DNA of 63,112 nt, filler included, from Octopus bimaculoides (Eukaryota), in the NCBI RefSeq assembly GCF_001194135.2. It is 4 parts of 4 records of this genome, joined end to end, with 100 filler letters (N's around TTAATTAATTAA, not from the genome) between each part and the next. Parts side by side here need not be neighbours in the genome. Positions count along the whole stretch, not along the records: positions 25,526 to 44,493 come from NC_068983.1; positions 44,594 to 61,201 come from NC_068991.1; 2 more parts are not named here. One strand, given 5' to 3'. This document shows positions 40,475-53,299 of this stretch, one piece after another. The number at the start of each line of letters is the position of its first letter. Positions within the stretch are counted from its first letter, which is position 1. Position numbers and translations under genes: made by a program. A model generated the notes under the pieces. It searched no databases. It saw only the letters and a list, made by a program, of their open reading frames with translations, and was not told where the DNA came from.

Positions 40475-41762
40475 TAGGGGAGACCGGGTCTAGTTGTTAC
40501 ATTTTTTCATTTTTCTTTTTTGCCTTGGCACTCTCATAAATGAACACAGGTGAAGTTTCTTTTCAGATTTGATTAGTAAAACAACTCTCTTTATTGTTAT
40601 CACCAGCAAAAAAAAAAAAGCAGAAATTACATAACATTAATTAGACAGGTTCTAATTAATGAGGTGGTGTCAGCTGTTACAATTTTTCCCGGGTGCTGGG
40701 TACGTTGTGACAGTTACTGGGGTACTTTGTTACAACTGTCGATAACTCGGAATTATGTTAACAAACAAGTTTGAAATGAATACATCTCCTGCTTCTTGCA
40801 TCTTGAAAGTATTATTTTAATTAATTAACTGTGCTTTGAACCATCTCATATCCTAACTGTGATACTGAGAGTCCTCATCAGTCAATTTCCCCATTGTTAC
40901 TTGTGCCATCTAGTCGGAATCGTCCTCCATTAACTTCTCACCACAAAGATCACACAGAAAGTCCTGTCGTCCATCGGTACAGTCAGTGTGTGCCCAGTCN
41001 NNNNNNNNNNNNNNNNNNNNNNNNNNNNNNNNNNNNNNNNNNNNNNNNNNNNNNNNNNNNNNNNNNNNNNNNNNNNNNNNNNNNNNNNNNNNNNNNNNNN
41101 NNNNNNNNNNGAGGCTGCTCCCCTTTGCCTTTACCTGTTTTAGTTGACTTTCCCTTCCCCTTTGTTGTCTTTTCGGTACCAGTTGCCTTCTTTGGTTTGG
41201 ATTTCTGCTCGTTTATTTCATCTACTATGCGCGGTTTTACGGCAACATCCCATAATGATTTCTTTTCATCCACAACTTTTCTGGCGGCTCTTTCCATGAC
41301 ATCAGGAGGGGTAGCCCCACTCCTGTAGTCTTTCTTTTGTAATTTCTAGGCATGGTGTGTTAAACTGAAATAGAAGGGGTAAGTTGTTACATGCCTGGGG
41401 TAAGTTGATACACTGTAACAATTAGCCCCGACCATGGATTTCTGGAGATTACCTCGTACACAGCACTAGCAATGCATGCCATCCATAACACATCTTCATG
41501 TATCGAAGGCAACTTCTAACACTTCCTAATGAGTCACAAACTACTTCAGTAACACCACTTGTGCTTTACTAGTTAAGGAAATAACTTTGTGGCAAAATTT
41601 CACTTTTGGAGTAAAAAATCCATTTTTGAGCCAGTGACAGCCCGCCAGTGCAATACACATGTGTAGTCATGATGCTATGGAGTTGACCTTCACGAGGTAG
41701 AAGTTAGAAACAATGGGCTTGTAACAATTTACCCGAGTTACAACTAGACCCGGTCTCCTCTA
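40475..41762 (-). mobile_element. pogo/Tigger-type non-autonomous DNA transposon (internal deletion derivative) with both TIRs
   Basis: Inverted termini TAGGGGAGACCGGGTCTAGTTGTTAC (40475-40500) and the reverse complement of 41737-41762 (24/26 match, TA at both ends). ATG at 41353: MPRNYKRKT/RSGATPPDVMERAARKVVDEKKSL (HTH-psq-like), then a Lys-rich segment, then DWAHTDCTDGRQDFLCDLC..* (PHD-like C-terminus, stop 40912-40910). Confidence 0.85.
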
Positions 41763-42171
41763 ATTAGTTGCTATTTCCTGTGCCTGGATTGCAAACGCAT
41801 ACCCTTCTATGTATGTATGTATGTATGTATGTATGTATGTATGTATGTATGTATGTATGTATGTATGTAGGTATGTATGTTTTTCCTTGAATTTTATTTA
41901 AGTTATTCTGGGAGAGAGTTTAAGCCGGTCGCTAACAAAGCGACAGGTTTTTGAGTTAAGAGAGTTCACGGTGTTTGTAAATATGTGGTTGAGTTGGTGT
42001 TGGTTGAACTGTCGAGGCAGACACCCAAGTCTGTGCATCTGTTCACACAAGAATGTCACATGGAGAATGTTTGGAATGTCTTACAAATCTTCACTGTGCC
42101 ATTATTAGATTGGATTTGGAGAATCCGCCTCAGTTATTTTGCTATGTATGTATGTATGTATGTATGTATGT

Positions 42172-42488
42172 GAAGGCGCATGGCTCAGTGGTTAGAGCGT
42201 CGGCTCACGATCATAAAGTAGTGAGGTCGAAACCCGGATCGGACTCTGTGTTGTGTTCTTGAGCAAGACACTCTATTTCACGTTGCTCCAGTTCACTCAG
42301 CTGTAGAAACGAGTTGCGACGTCACTGGTGCCAAGCTGTATCCGACTTTGCCTTTCCCTTGGATAACATCGATGGCGTGGAGAGGAGAAGCTGGTATGCA
42401 TGGGCGACCGCTGGACTAGTGCCTCGGAAGGTAACTTTCTAGGTGCAATCCCATGGTCATTCATGACTGAAGGAGGTCTTTACTCTTT
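42172..42488 (+). mobile_element. tRNA-derived SINE family C with CORE-like central domain
   Basis: A-box TGGCTCAGTGG and B-box-like GGTCGAAACCC, then TTCTTGAGCAAGACACT..CACTCAGCTGTA (resembles the CORE/MIR-type domain); related copy at ~1628-1790. Confidence 0.75.
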
Positions 42489-43160
42489 ATGTATGTATGT
42501 AAGCATTTATGTCCTGGGGATGACTTTAAACTGCATCCGATAATAAGCCCCTGGTATGAGAGTTTCAGGGTTTTGAGGAGTGTCGAATCACCTCTTAACC
42601 ACTATTGTTTACAAGTCTATTCCGACCCACAATAGTAGTACATGTTAAGGGAATCCTATGGATTATCTAGCATGTGAACCACTTGGATTAAAGGGCTCCT
42701 AGTTCTCGTTAGAAATTAGTTCTAGAAGGTAAACTCGTATAAAATACTTAAAGTGCAGTCGGTGTCTGGTCGTCTCAAAGCTTGTTATGCTATTAGTTTT
42801 ATAGCTGATTGCGCTGAAAAGTGGGTTCTCCATTCAAAAGAAATTCAGGTAGTGGAACCTCTTAGACTCTCGGAATATTGGCTTGGACTTATTGAGTTTA
42901 GAAATTGGTCTTACCCAGTCACTAGTTGACTTCCACATGGATGCATTTATATATTACATATATACATATATGTTTATGTAAGCATATTTAAATGTAAATA
43001 CATGCACACGTTCATATAGGTGCAGAAATTGACATACATCTATAGGTGTGTACTTTATACACCTTATGCGTATTTGCGAGTGTCTCTGTATGTGTATATG
43101 GATATTTATGTGTGTGTGTGTGCGTGTGTGCACACGCATGCGTGTGTGTATGTGTGTGTA

Positions 43161-43200
<40 letters not shown>

Positions 43201-43599
43201 TAGATAGATAGATTCATATATATAAATATGGTCAGGCAGATTCCGAAGATGGTTGTGTTGGTTTGCGTCAGTAAGACTTGTATTAGGTATTAAAATAAAT
43301 AAAAAAAAATAATGAATTTGCCAAACCAACGTTTCGGATAGAGTCCTTTTTCAGGAAAGATGAAAGAAGAGAAATTAATGAAAGTCACAAAGTTTCTGTT
43401 TCTCAGTTTCCCTCACAAGGTATTGTTTGGCAGGAGGCCGAAAACGCTTTCCGATGATACCTCGATTGAATAAGTATTAATCTTATAAAATAAGTCCTGA
43501 CATCGATTTGTTCGACTAAAGGCGGTGCTCCAGCATGGCTGCAGTCAAATGACTGAAACAAATGAAACAATATATGTATATATATCGACATGATGCGAA

Positions 43600-43920
43600 G
43601 CTGCTGTTGGATTCGTGACCTCTACATCACATCACGGCTATGCATTTTCAGTCCAAGAACAAAAGATTGCTACGAAATACCTTATAAAGAAACAAAAAAA
43701 AAAGCTTATGGAGCTCCAAGATGCAATCGAAAATGTAGGTTATGTCATATTTCTGTGGAAGACATCGCAAATGTCATCAATAATAATTGATACAAAATGA
43801 TAATCTGGATAAGCTAGGCTTTTCAGAAAAAGAAATCAACCAACTGACTCGCACATTACAAATACAATATGTAAGTGGAACAGTAAAATCATTCAAGACT
43901 TTTCTCAAGTTTACCTTCAA
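43600..43920 (+). mobile_element. R4/Dong-type LINE 3' fragment with internal deletion
   Basis: KCRLCHISVEDIANVI (CCHC zinc-knuckle start) fused to LGFSEKEINQLTRTLQIQYVSGTVKSFKTFLKF (RLE-domain terminus-like). Confidence 0.6.
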
Positions 43921-43989
43921 CCGATGGAGCTTTGAATCTTTATTAGAAAGCTGCTCCTTCCTCAGAGGAAAAAAAATAACTAATTGGAA

Positions 43990-44240
43990 CCGACGATGAA
44001 GGTTCCAGTTGAACTAATCAACGGAACAACCTGCTTGCAAATTAACGTGCAAGTGGCGGGACACTCCACAAACACGAGTACCCTTAACGTAGTTCTCAGG
44101 GAGATTCAGCACGAGACAGAAGTGACTAAGCTGGCCCTTTGAATTACATGCACCATTTTTGCTCGTTGAGCGGACTGGAACACCGTGAACTAAAGTGTCT
44201 TGCCGCTGGAAATCGAACTCACGATTATGCGATCGTGAGC
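43990..44240 (-). mobile_element. SINE family D copy (reverse, internally deleted)
   Basis: Reverse complement of CAACTGGAACC(C/T)TCGTC, GCCACTTGCACGTTAATTT and CTACGTTAAGGG. Confidence 0.7.
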
Positions 44241-44493
44241 TGAATATCCACGCGCCTTCACAGAGTAGGAAGAATTTAAATGATTAAACCCAGAAGAGAA
44301 CATATAAACATCACATACATACATACACACACACATACATACATACGTGCATGCATGCATGATAACTCTGATGGTGTCTAAAATTCAATGAATGAAATTT
44401 AGACAACATCCGGCCATCCATGCAACAAGCCAACCATCCAGCAAGCCAGCGAGTCTGCGAACCATCCATCCATCGTCCATTCATCCAACCATC

Positions 44494-44593
44494 NNNNNNN
44501 NNNNNNNNNNNNNNNNNNNNNNNNNNNNNNNNNNNNNTTAATTAATTAANNNNNNNNNNNNNNNNNNNNNNNNNNNNNNNNNNNNNNNNNNNN
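44494..44593. other. Artificial scaffold join 44N-TTAATTAATTAA-44N
   Basis: Same 100-bp structure. Confidence 0.95.
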
Positions 44594-44754
44594 ATATATG
44601 TACATATAAATATAACGTGGGAGTGTGAAAGAATGAGAGTGATATATGTAAATGCAAAACGTCTGTATATTTGTATGCATGTGTATTTTTGTACAGTAAC
44701 ATGTGAGTAAATATCTAAATAATTATGTGTGTGAATGTGTATGTCTGTGTATGC

Positions 44755-44830
<76 letters not shown>

Positions 44831-45689
44831 GCACGCATCTGTATAAATTTGGCAATAAGTGTGTTTCCTAAAGTATGCAATCGTCATTTGATTGGATTTT
44901 CCAAATCGTTCTTATACTACTGATTGTGTTTTATTAAGTTAGTGAAAGATGCATGGATTGCCTTATAAGGTATCTTAGCTGCTAGTAAATTATTTTTAAT
45001 AAACTCAATCATAGACAACAACAACAACATCAAAAACAACTGCAACAACTACAGCAACAACTTCATATATTAAGTTGTTTTGTAGCTGTAACAAATGAGG
45101 CCCTACTGTGACTCGTAATTAAATAGCACAGTATAAGCTATTTAGAAATACTATTATATAAATAAACGATTATTATCACAAACAAACGATTATTTCACTA
45201 GATTTATTGCCTTTGCGTGCTTTCACTTATAAACGAAGGCAATAGCTTGTATTTTTTGTTGTTGTATATTGTATATTGAATATTTTTATATGAAGTGTTT
45301 TCTGCGTAACCTATACGTAGCGCCTAGCAGAGCGGTTTTCAATATGTTGCGGATATGTGTAAGTCATTGTTTTATCAGGTTTATTATCATTCCATTATTT
45401 TATGATCCATTATCATGAATCTACTTATTAATCTATTTATTTATTCATTTATTCATTTATTCATTCATTCATTTGTCCCGATTTAAAATCCCACATTCTG
45501 GATATCTTTATTTCCATATCTTATATTTGGATATTTTGTTTTGTATTTGGTTTGCAACGGTTTTGATGTGAACTCGTTTATTGAAAACAATATCTATTGT
45601 GACACAGGACGCTCATCGTGTCAATAAGAAACACACGCACCGATTCTATTTCTCTTCTTTTATCATCATTAATCAATTAACACTGCCTA

Positions 45690-46030
45690 GGTCGACTTTA
45701 TCTTTCATCCCTTCCGGGTCGATAAAATAAGTAGCAATTAAACACTGGCGATCGATGTAATCGACTTACCTTTCCCTAAAATTACTGACCTTGTGCCAAA
45801 ATTTGAAACCATTATTATTAATCAGTTAAAAGTAAGCGATCTGGCAGAATCGTAGCTCACCGGACAAAATGCATTTCGTCCGTCTTTAGGTTATGAGTTC
45901 AAATTCCGCCGGGGTCAACTTTGCTTTTCATCCTTTCGGGGTCGATAGAATATGTACCAACTGAGCACTGGGGTCGAAGTAATCAACTAGTCATCCCCAG
46001 CCAAAACTCAGGCCTTGTGCCTATTGCTGG
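45690..46030 (+). mobile_element. Two tandem SINE family B copies
   Basis: GTCGACTTT..GTCGATAAAATAAGTAGC unit followed by a copy starting CTGGCAGAATCG. Confidence 0.75.
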
Positions 46031-46959
46031 AAAGATTATTATTGACCAATCAGTTTATATTTAAGTAATTAACTCATCGGTAGTTTCATTAATCGTTCAG
46101 TCAATCATCAATCATTTAGTTTGTTTTGTCAAAGATCTTTCGTCACCATTCGCAACATAGCTGATTGATTGCTTCATTTATTGACCGAACGATTTATCAA
46201 ACAACCGATTACTTAATTGGTTAAATGCTGATCCATTGACTAATAATAGAAAAAGAATTTAAATAGAACCAGTGATTGTGTTTAATTATTGGCGTGAGGA
46301 CCCACCTGGGATAGTTTTGTATAGTTTCTCAATTATTTTCGTATGTATATATATACATACAAAATTTTAAGAAGTGGAGCAGGTAAAATGTAAGCTACGT
46401 ATGTTTCTTAACAGGCTGACGTTTATTACGTATGTATTGCGTAACAAACTCTCCTCAGCGTAGATGATAATATAATATAATATTAACGTAATAAGCTTCA
46501 CCTAGTTAAGAAACATACATTGCTTACATTTAACCTGTTTCACTCCTTTAAATGTTGGATTTTATTCGCACTTTTAGCAACATCACTTGCTAACACTAAT
46601 TTGTTTAGAAACTATCAGTTTATCGAAATTCGTGGTAACTTCGATATAGAAAAAAGTGTGTATTTTACGATGCCAATAAATTGTTATTTTATCTTATCGT
46701 TTACTGCCCACTCTTATTCTCTGTATTAGCCATCTATTGCTTGAAATTCACAAACTTCTTACACACTGGTTCGTATTTACACACACATACGCACACACAC
46801 ACACACATATATACAGAGAGAGAGAGTGAGATAAGATCCAAGGATCGAGGTGTAGGAAGAAAGTTAGCTTCAAGCAATCAGTAGTAAATATAAAAAAACA
46901 ACTTCCAGGAATAATTGTGATTTATTGAGACGGAATGTTGTGGATTTTCATTTTTATCG

Positions 46960-47720
46960 AAGTATGAGAAATTGAAACGTCGGCCTTAACATCTTCTCTA
47001 ACAACATTAACACGGCTAATTTCTTGGACGTAACTCTAGACTTGTTAAACCAAACCTTCAACCCATACCACAAACCTGGAGAACTACATGAACTCCACTT
47101 CCAACCACCCACCTCTGTCCTAAAATCTATTATATAAAGCGTTTCTTACCGGATTTCTTCCCTATCTGCTAATAAGGATTTATTCGATCAATATGCATAA
47201 TATTATAATTGTGCCCTACAATATGCCGGCTATAAAAACTCAATTGAATATATCCTCATGTGGAATATTCCTCCCTCTAATAAACCCAGAACTGAAACCA
47301 GTTCCGCCCGCCCCATACAATGAACGTAAAATCACCCCATCTCACCACACCAATATCCATCCAAATTTCAGAATAACAGACGATCTAACAACAACTCTCC
47401 CGCCAGATGACCCCAAATCCTATATGCATCGCAACATACCGAAACAGACACCAGCATGCACCTCCAAAACCCTATCCCCTATCCCCACCCAGTTAACCTC
47501 TCTAATTGTATTAAACGAACAAGAACCCGGGAGGTTATCTGGTTCCACCCCCTCTGCGCCCTTAATGTTCAGGCTCGACTACCTAAACTCTTCTTCTCCC
47601 TATTCCAGAAACATTTTCCTAAATCTAGTCCCCTTAGAAAAATATTTAACTTCCAGTCTGAAAACACCAACATCGCCGGAGTTATCCGATATCTTAACAA
47701 GAAACTCAGAAATCCACAAC
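46960..47720 (+). mobile_element. Penelope-like element fragment (RT thumb/linker region), degenerate
   Basis: NFLDVTLDLLNQTFNPYHKP, NSTSNHPPSVLKSI, ALQYAGYK, RTREVIWFHP, KHFPKSSPLRKIFN across frameshifts; matches the PLE NFLDVTL..SNHPP..WFNPP..KHFP..L.KIFN region. Confidence 0.85.
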
Positions 47721-47861
47721 TAGCTAACCCCATCCTAGTAACTTAACATAACCCCCATACATATAAACCATACATATAAATGCACACATACATATATGTG
47801 CATGTATATATGTGTGTGTATGTATGCATATGTGTGTACACACACACACTCACACATATAT

Positions 47862-48022
47862 AGGCACAGGAAAGAATCTAGCTTCCCAACCACATGCTTC
47901 CAGGTGCAGTCCCACTGCATGGCAGATTTTGGGCAAGTGTCTCCTACTATAGCCACGGGCCGACCAAAGCCTTGTGAATGGCTTTGGAAGACGGAAACTG
48001 AAAGAAGCTCGTTGTATATATA

Positions 48023-48107
<85 letters not shown>

Positions 48108-48322
48108 CTTTGTGTCTGTGTTTGTTGCCCCTCTCCCGTCACCGCTTGACAACCAGTTTTGATATGTTTACGTCCCCGTAAATTAGCTGTTCAGCAAAAG
48201 TGATCGATAAGTACTATGCTTAAAAAATTATTTCCGGAATCGAATTGTTCGACTAAAGCCCTTCAAGGCGGTGCTCCAGAATGGCCACGGCCAAATGGTT
48301 GAAACAAGCAACAAAAAAATAA
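47862..48322 (+). mobile_element. SINE family A copy
   Basis: Same head, GGGCCGACCAAAGCCTTGTG core, expanded (TG)n and tail as 59259-59659. Confidence 0.82.
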
Positions 48323-49683
48323 AAGATATATGTATGTTCGTATGTATGTATGTTTGAATAGATGTATGTGTATGCTACAAACTTCCGCACAGTTTCCGTC
48401 ACCCAAATTCACTCAACACATAAGTCGACCCGAAGCTATAGCAGAAAACATTTGCTCATGGCATTACGCAACGGGACTAAAACTCGAAACCATGAGGTTG
48501 CGAAACGAGCTTCTTAACCACGCAGCCATGTCTGCATCTTCCAAATGTTCTATTAGTTAACTTTGTATTTTTTCTTCTTTCTTTCTTTTTGCATTTTACA
48601 TTTTCTAGTATTTTCTGTTAAATAAAATGCCTTTGATCTTGTACTATAATCAAAACCCCTTTGGTCTGAAACATCACTGTCTTTACATTTTCTTAATTCG
48701 ATATCGTCATATATTGGCCATGAAGAAACTTTTCATTCAAATGTCTTTGAATATCATTTTCTAAACCCCTTTTTGATAAATCTTTAGGTTTTTAATAGCA
48801 TTTTCCCCGTCTTCGCAGCTGTCTATCAATTCACTATGCTTCATATATACTAGCTTCCTTGTCCCTATTTTCTTATTTGTGCTTTTTCTTTTCTGTAGCC
48901 TTCACCAAATATTTATTAGATATTTATAAGATATTTCTTTACTGCTTTATGGTTACAGAATGTGTTAATGTCTGTGTAAAGTATGTGTTAGCTTTTCATT
49001 TCTGTTTTCTACATGCAAATATTATTTCTGTTCAGGATGAGACGATATAGTACAGCTGTTTGGGCGCAGGCGGTTTGATGCAGCAGGCTGGACATTCAGC
49101 TTGTTTTGGAAACAGTACATTTTGGCACTGGACACACACACACATACACACACACACCTTCACGCGTGCGCGCTGAAATGTACATATATTGACCGAAAGA
49201 GTAAGAGAGAGAATTAAAGGGATAGAGAGCGTGGGATAGGGAGAGACATTGCAATTCATTAATTGAATGCGACTGACATAAACACTTTCCCTTTGTTCAT
49301 TCACATAGAGAAATATGCCCACAAACGTAAACAGAAAGAGAAAGTGGGAGATGGAATAGAGAGAATGAGAGAAACAGTGAAACGAAATATTAAAACGTCT
49401 TATGTCAAATAAGTCAGTGTCTGATCAACAACGCCATATAACGGGCGCCAAAACGGCTGCGCTAAAACGTCTCATACTCATTTTGTTTCTGTTCTTATTT
49501 ACTTTTGATAAAGTAAATAAGCTGAGAATATTAAGAGTTATATGAAATTTAATGTAATTAAATATTAAGGCCAGGCCGTGTTCCAGCATGACTACACTCA
49601 CATGACTGAAACATGTAAAAGAACAGAAGAATGAAAGCAAGTCATAACTTGATATATTATATATGATATATTATATATGATAT

Positions 49684-49819
49684 AAAAGCGGCAAGCTGTC
49701 AAAAGCGGTGAGTTGTCAAAAGCGGTGAGCTGTCAAAAGCGGTGAGCTGTCAAAAGCGGTGAGCTGTCAAGAGCGGTGAGCTGTCAAGAGCGGCAACATG
49801 TCAAAAGCGGTGAGCTGTC
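49684..49819 (+). repeat. 17-bp minisatellite, 8 copies
   Basis: Unit AA(A/G)AGCGGTGAGCTGTC in exact 17-bp register, running into a family B SINE body (49820-49950). Confidence 0.95.
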
Positions 49820-52329
49820 AAGAGTTGCGAACTGGCAGATTTATTAGCATGCCAGACAAAATGCTTAGCGGCATTTCTACCGCCTGTATGTTCTGGATTC
49901 AAATTCCGAAGAAGTCGACTTCATTTTTCATCCTTTCAGCGTCGACAAAATAAGATGAGAGTTCCACCGCCACGGAAAACGAAAATTCTCATACCGCCAG
50001 GCCTTTTACAGTCCCCTCGGTCTAGACTTGGACTTTGCTTTCNNNNNNNNNNNNNNNNNNNNNNNNNNNNNNNNNNNNNNNNNNNNNNNNNNNNNNNNNN
50101 NNNNNNNNNNNNNNNNNNNNNNNNNNNNNNNNNNNNNNNNNNNNNNNNNNNNNNNNNNNNNNNNNNNNNNNNNNNNNNNNNNNNNNNNNNNNNNNNNNNN
50201 NNNNNNNNNNNNNNNNNNNNNNNNNNNNNNNNNNNNNNNNNNNNNNNNNNNNNNNNNNNNNNNNNNNNNNNNNNNNNNNNNNNNNNNNNNNNNNNNNNNN
50301 NNNNNNNNNNNNNNNNNNNNNNNNNNNNNNNNNNNNNNNNNNNNNNNNNNNNNNNNNNNNNNNNNNNNNNNNNNNNNNNNNNNNNNNNNNNNNNNNNNNN
50401 NNNNNNNNNNNNNNNNNNNNNNNNNNNNNNNNNNNNNNNNNNNNNNNNNNNNNNNNNNNNNNNNNNNNNNNNNNNNNNNNNNNNNNNNNNNNNNNNNNNN
50501 NNNNNNNNNNNNNNNNNNNNNNNNNNNNNNNNNNNNNNNNNNNNNNNNNNNNNNNNNNNNNNNNNNNNNNNNNNNNNNNNNNNNNNNNNNNNNNNNNNNN
50601 NNNNNNNNNNNNNNNNNNNNNNNNNNNNNNNNNNNNNNNNNNNNNNNNNNNNNNNNNNNNNNNNNNNNNNNNNNNNNNNNNNNNNNNNNNNNNNNNNNNN
50701 NNNNNNNNNNNNNNNNNNNNNNNNNNNNNNNNNNNNNNNNNNNNNNNNNNNNNNNNNNNNNNNNNNNNNNNNNNNNNNNNNNNNNNNNNNNNNNNNNNNN
50801 NNNNNNNNNNNNNNNNNNNNNNTATATATATATATATATATATGAATAAATATATATGTACACGAGCACACATACACACAAACATATATCTACTGCAATT
50901 TTCTTTGCTGCTAGCATAGTTAATATTAGCTCCTGTGTGTAGGTGTGTAATGTGTGTTCGTGTGTGCATATATGTGTAGTGCGTGTGTGCGTGCATCGGG
51001 GGTGGGGGGTATTTTTAATTAATTTCCTCTCTTGAAAATTGCCCTAATGCATTTTGATTTTTTTAAACGACTTTTATGTCAATTTTCTACGAATTACCAG
51101 TTGTGTTATTTGCAATATACAAAATGAGGTCACCCATATATAATAGATGCTTCATTGTATCCCATAGCAGCAGTTTGGTTTAGTATGTTGGTTAAAGTCG
51201 TTAGCACGAGCCAGAAAACTATGAGAGAGAAAGAGAAGTGGTAGAAGGAGGGAGTTGCATTGGAATGATGTTCTTGTAGAGATCGGTGGAGTTTTTATAT
51301 TCCCTCATGTTTGGTCCCTATAAGTGCTTGTTATTGGAGTTACATTGCATGTGGCTTGTATTATAGAAATCCAGGTTTGGGAAAAGCAGCTAAAAGACTT
51401 CTGGCAATTGCTCCGTGACATGAACAGAATTTCTCTCTTTTTGCTGTCCTCAGTTATAGTTTGTTTGATTTTTTTTACTCTAATCTTTACATCCATATCA
51501 GAATTTCTGCCAGGAAATATGTTACTTTAGTTCCCGTTTTTTTTTTTTTTGTATTCTGATTATTTGTTTTTTTACCAGAGTCATCAATTAGTCTTTGATA
51601 TAATATTATTAAATTCAAATTACGACAAACGTAAATAAACAAACGAAGTTTGCTTTTTAGAAGCGTTGAGATGTCTTTTAGAAAGTTAAAGAAGTGATTT
51701 TAAATTCTCAATCGCAGAATAATGCCAATGATATAGCCTGAACAGGATAAACTACCCCTGCAAAATAGGGATAGTTTATCCTGTTCAGGCTATATAATAT
51801 TATTGTTAATGCTTTTTTTTCTATAAGCTACGGAATATGAATTTATAATCTTTGGCGATTTAATGTTTCTTCAGCCTTGGGACTTATTATATCATGCGCA
51901 GGTGTGAGTGTGTGGCAAGACNNNNNNNNNNNNNNNNNNNNNNNNNNNNNNNNNNNNNNNNNNNNNNNNNNNNNNNNNNNNNNNNNNNNNNNNNNNNNNN
52001 NNNNNNNNNNNNNNNNNNNNNNNNNNNNNNNNNNNNNNNNNNNNNNNNNNNNNNNNNNNNNNNNNNNNNNNNNNNNNNNNNNNNNNNNNNNNNNNNNNNN
52101 NNNNNNNNNNNNNNNNNNNNNNNNNNNNNNNNNNNNNNNNNNNNNNNNNNNNNNNNNNNNNNNNNNNNNNNNNNNNNNNNNNNNNNNNNNNNNNNNNNNN
52201 NNNNNNNNNNNNNNNNNNNNNNNNNNNNNNNNNNNNNNNNNNNNNNNNNNNNNNNNNNNNNNNNNNNNNNNNNNNNNNNNNNNNNNNNNNNNNNNNNNNN
52301 NNNNATATATATATATATACATATACGTA

Positions 52330-52535
52330 AGTGTACGTGTATGTGTTTGTATCTTTGTGTCTGTGCTTGTCCCCAACCACCGCTTGACAAACGGTGCTGG
52401 TGGGTTTAAGTCTCCGTAACCTAGCGGTTCCGAAAAGGTGACCGATGAGATAAGTAGTGGAGTCATCGTTCGACTAAAATTCTTCAATGCGGTATTCCAA
52501 CATGGCCGCAGTCTATTGACTGAAACAAATAGAAG
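52330..52535 (+). mobile_element. SINE family A 3' half
   Basis: CCACCGCTTGACAAACGG...TCGACTAAAA...CATGGCCGCAGTC..ACTGAAACAA. Confidence 0.75.
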
Positions 52536-53299
52536 ATAAGGAGAAAAAATATGGTTATTCTTAATTAGAAAGGTTTTGTTTCTGTCTTCTTTCAGTAAAT
52601 CACTGAGTTAAACATGTTTGCAAGTATTTTGTGGATACTTCATGAATATATTTATCGGAAGTATAGCTCAGTTTCGTTTAAATGTGCTCTCCAGTTATTT
52701 ATAACGTATAACATCTGAGCTACCGTGTTTGATGGCACAAGAGACGTTCGGACATATTAGATGCACTCCAATTTCAGCAGCGCATATTCAGGAAAGAAAA
52801 ACAACTATTAGTGCATTAAAGCTTATGAGAGACCCAACTTTGCATATAGGACCCGGAATGATTTTAGTGACATTATTTTTGGTGGAGGAGTGCGTTTTAT
52901 ACGCCATCAAATGCAGTAATTCTTTTCTCGTTATATTTTCTAATGATGGTACTGTTGGTTTGCTTGTGATTCTCTTGCCAGAGTCAATCCCATTTCACCG
53001 ATTTTCATACTCCTTAAAACTGTTTACTGTTTTTTTTTCTTTTCAAAGAAGGTTTACCACTCTTCGTAACAATAGATTCTCATCGATTTAGCTGTGGTCT
53101 TTTGTTTATATAGTCTATAGATTCCGTGGTCGTTGACTTTCCTTTATATATATATATATATATATATATACTCTTTTCCATTTTTATCTTTTGTTTGTTG
53201 TTCGCATTTAGAATCGAGAGATCTCTTATTCTCCGTTATTCTCTGTATGTTTGTTTTTCCCCACACTTTACATAGATTTCGGTATTTCTATATTAAAAT

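Noticed and set aside
49032-49130. Cys-rich exon candidate CQNVLFPKQAECPACCIKPP
   Set aside because: Overlaps one arm of a decayed inverted repeat (49037-49090 vs 49430-49480, ATGAGACG..GCGCAG..GTTT), so a MITE remnant is more likely; no donor site.
49936-52487. Very long ORFs in the supplied track
   Set aside because: They are open only because they run through N gaps; the same holds for 16587-17366, 32314-33199 and 39252-40171.
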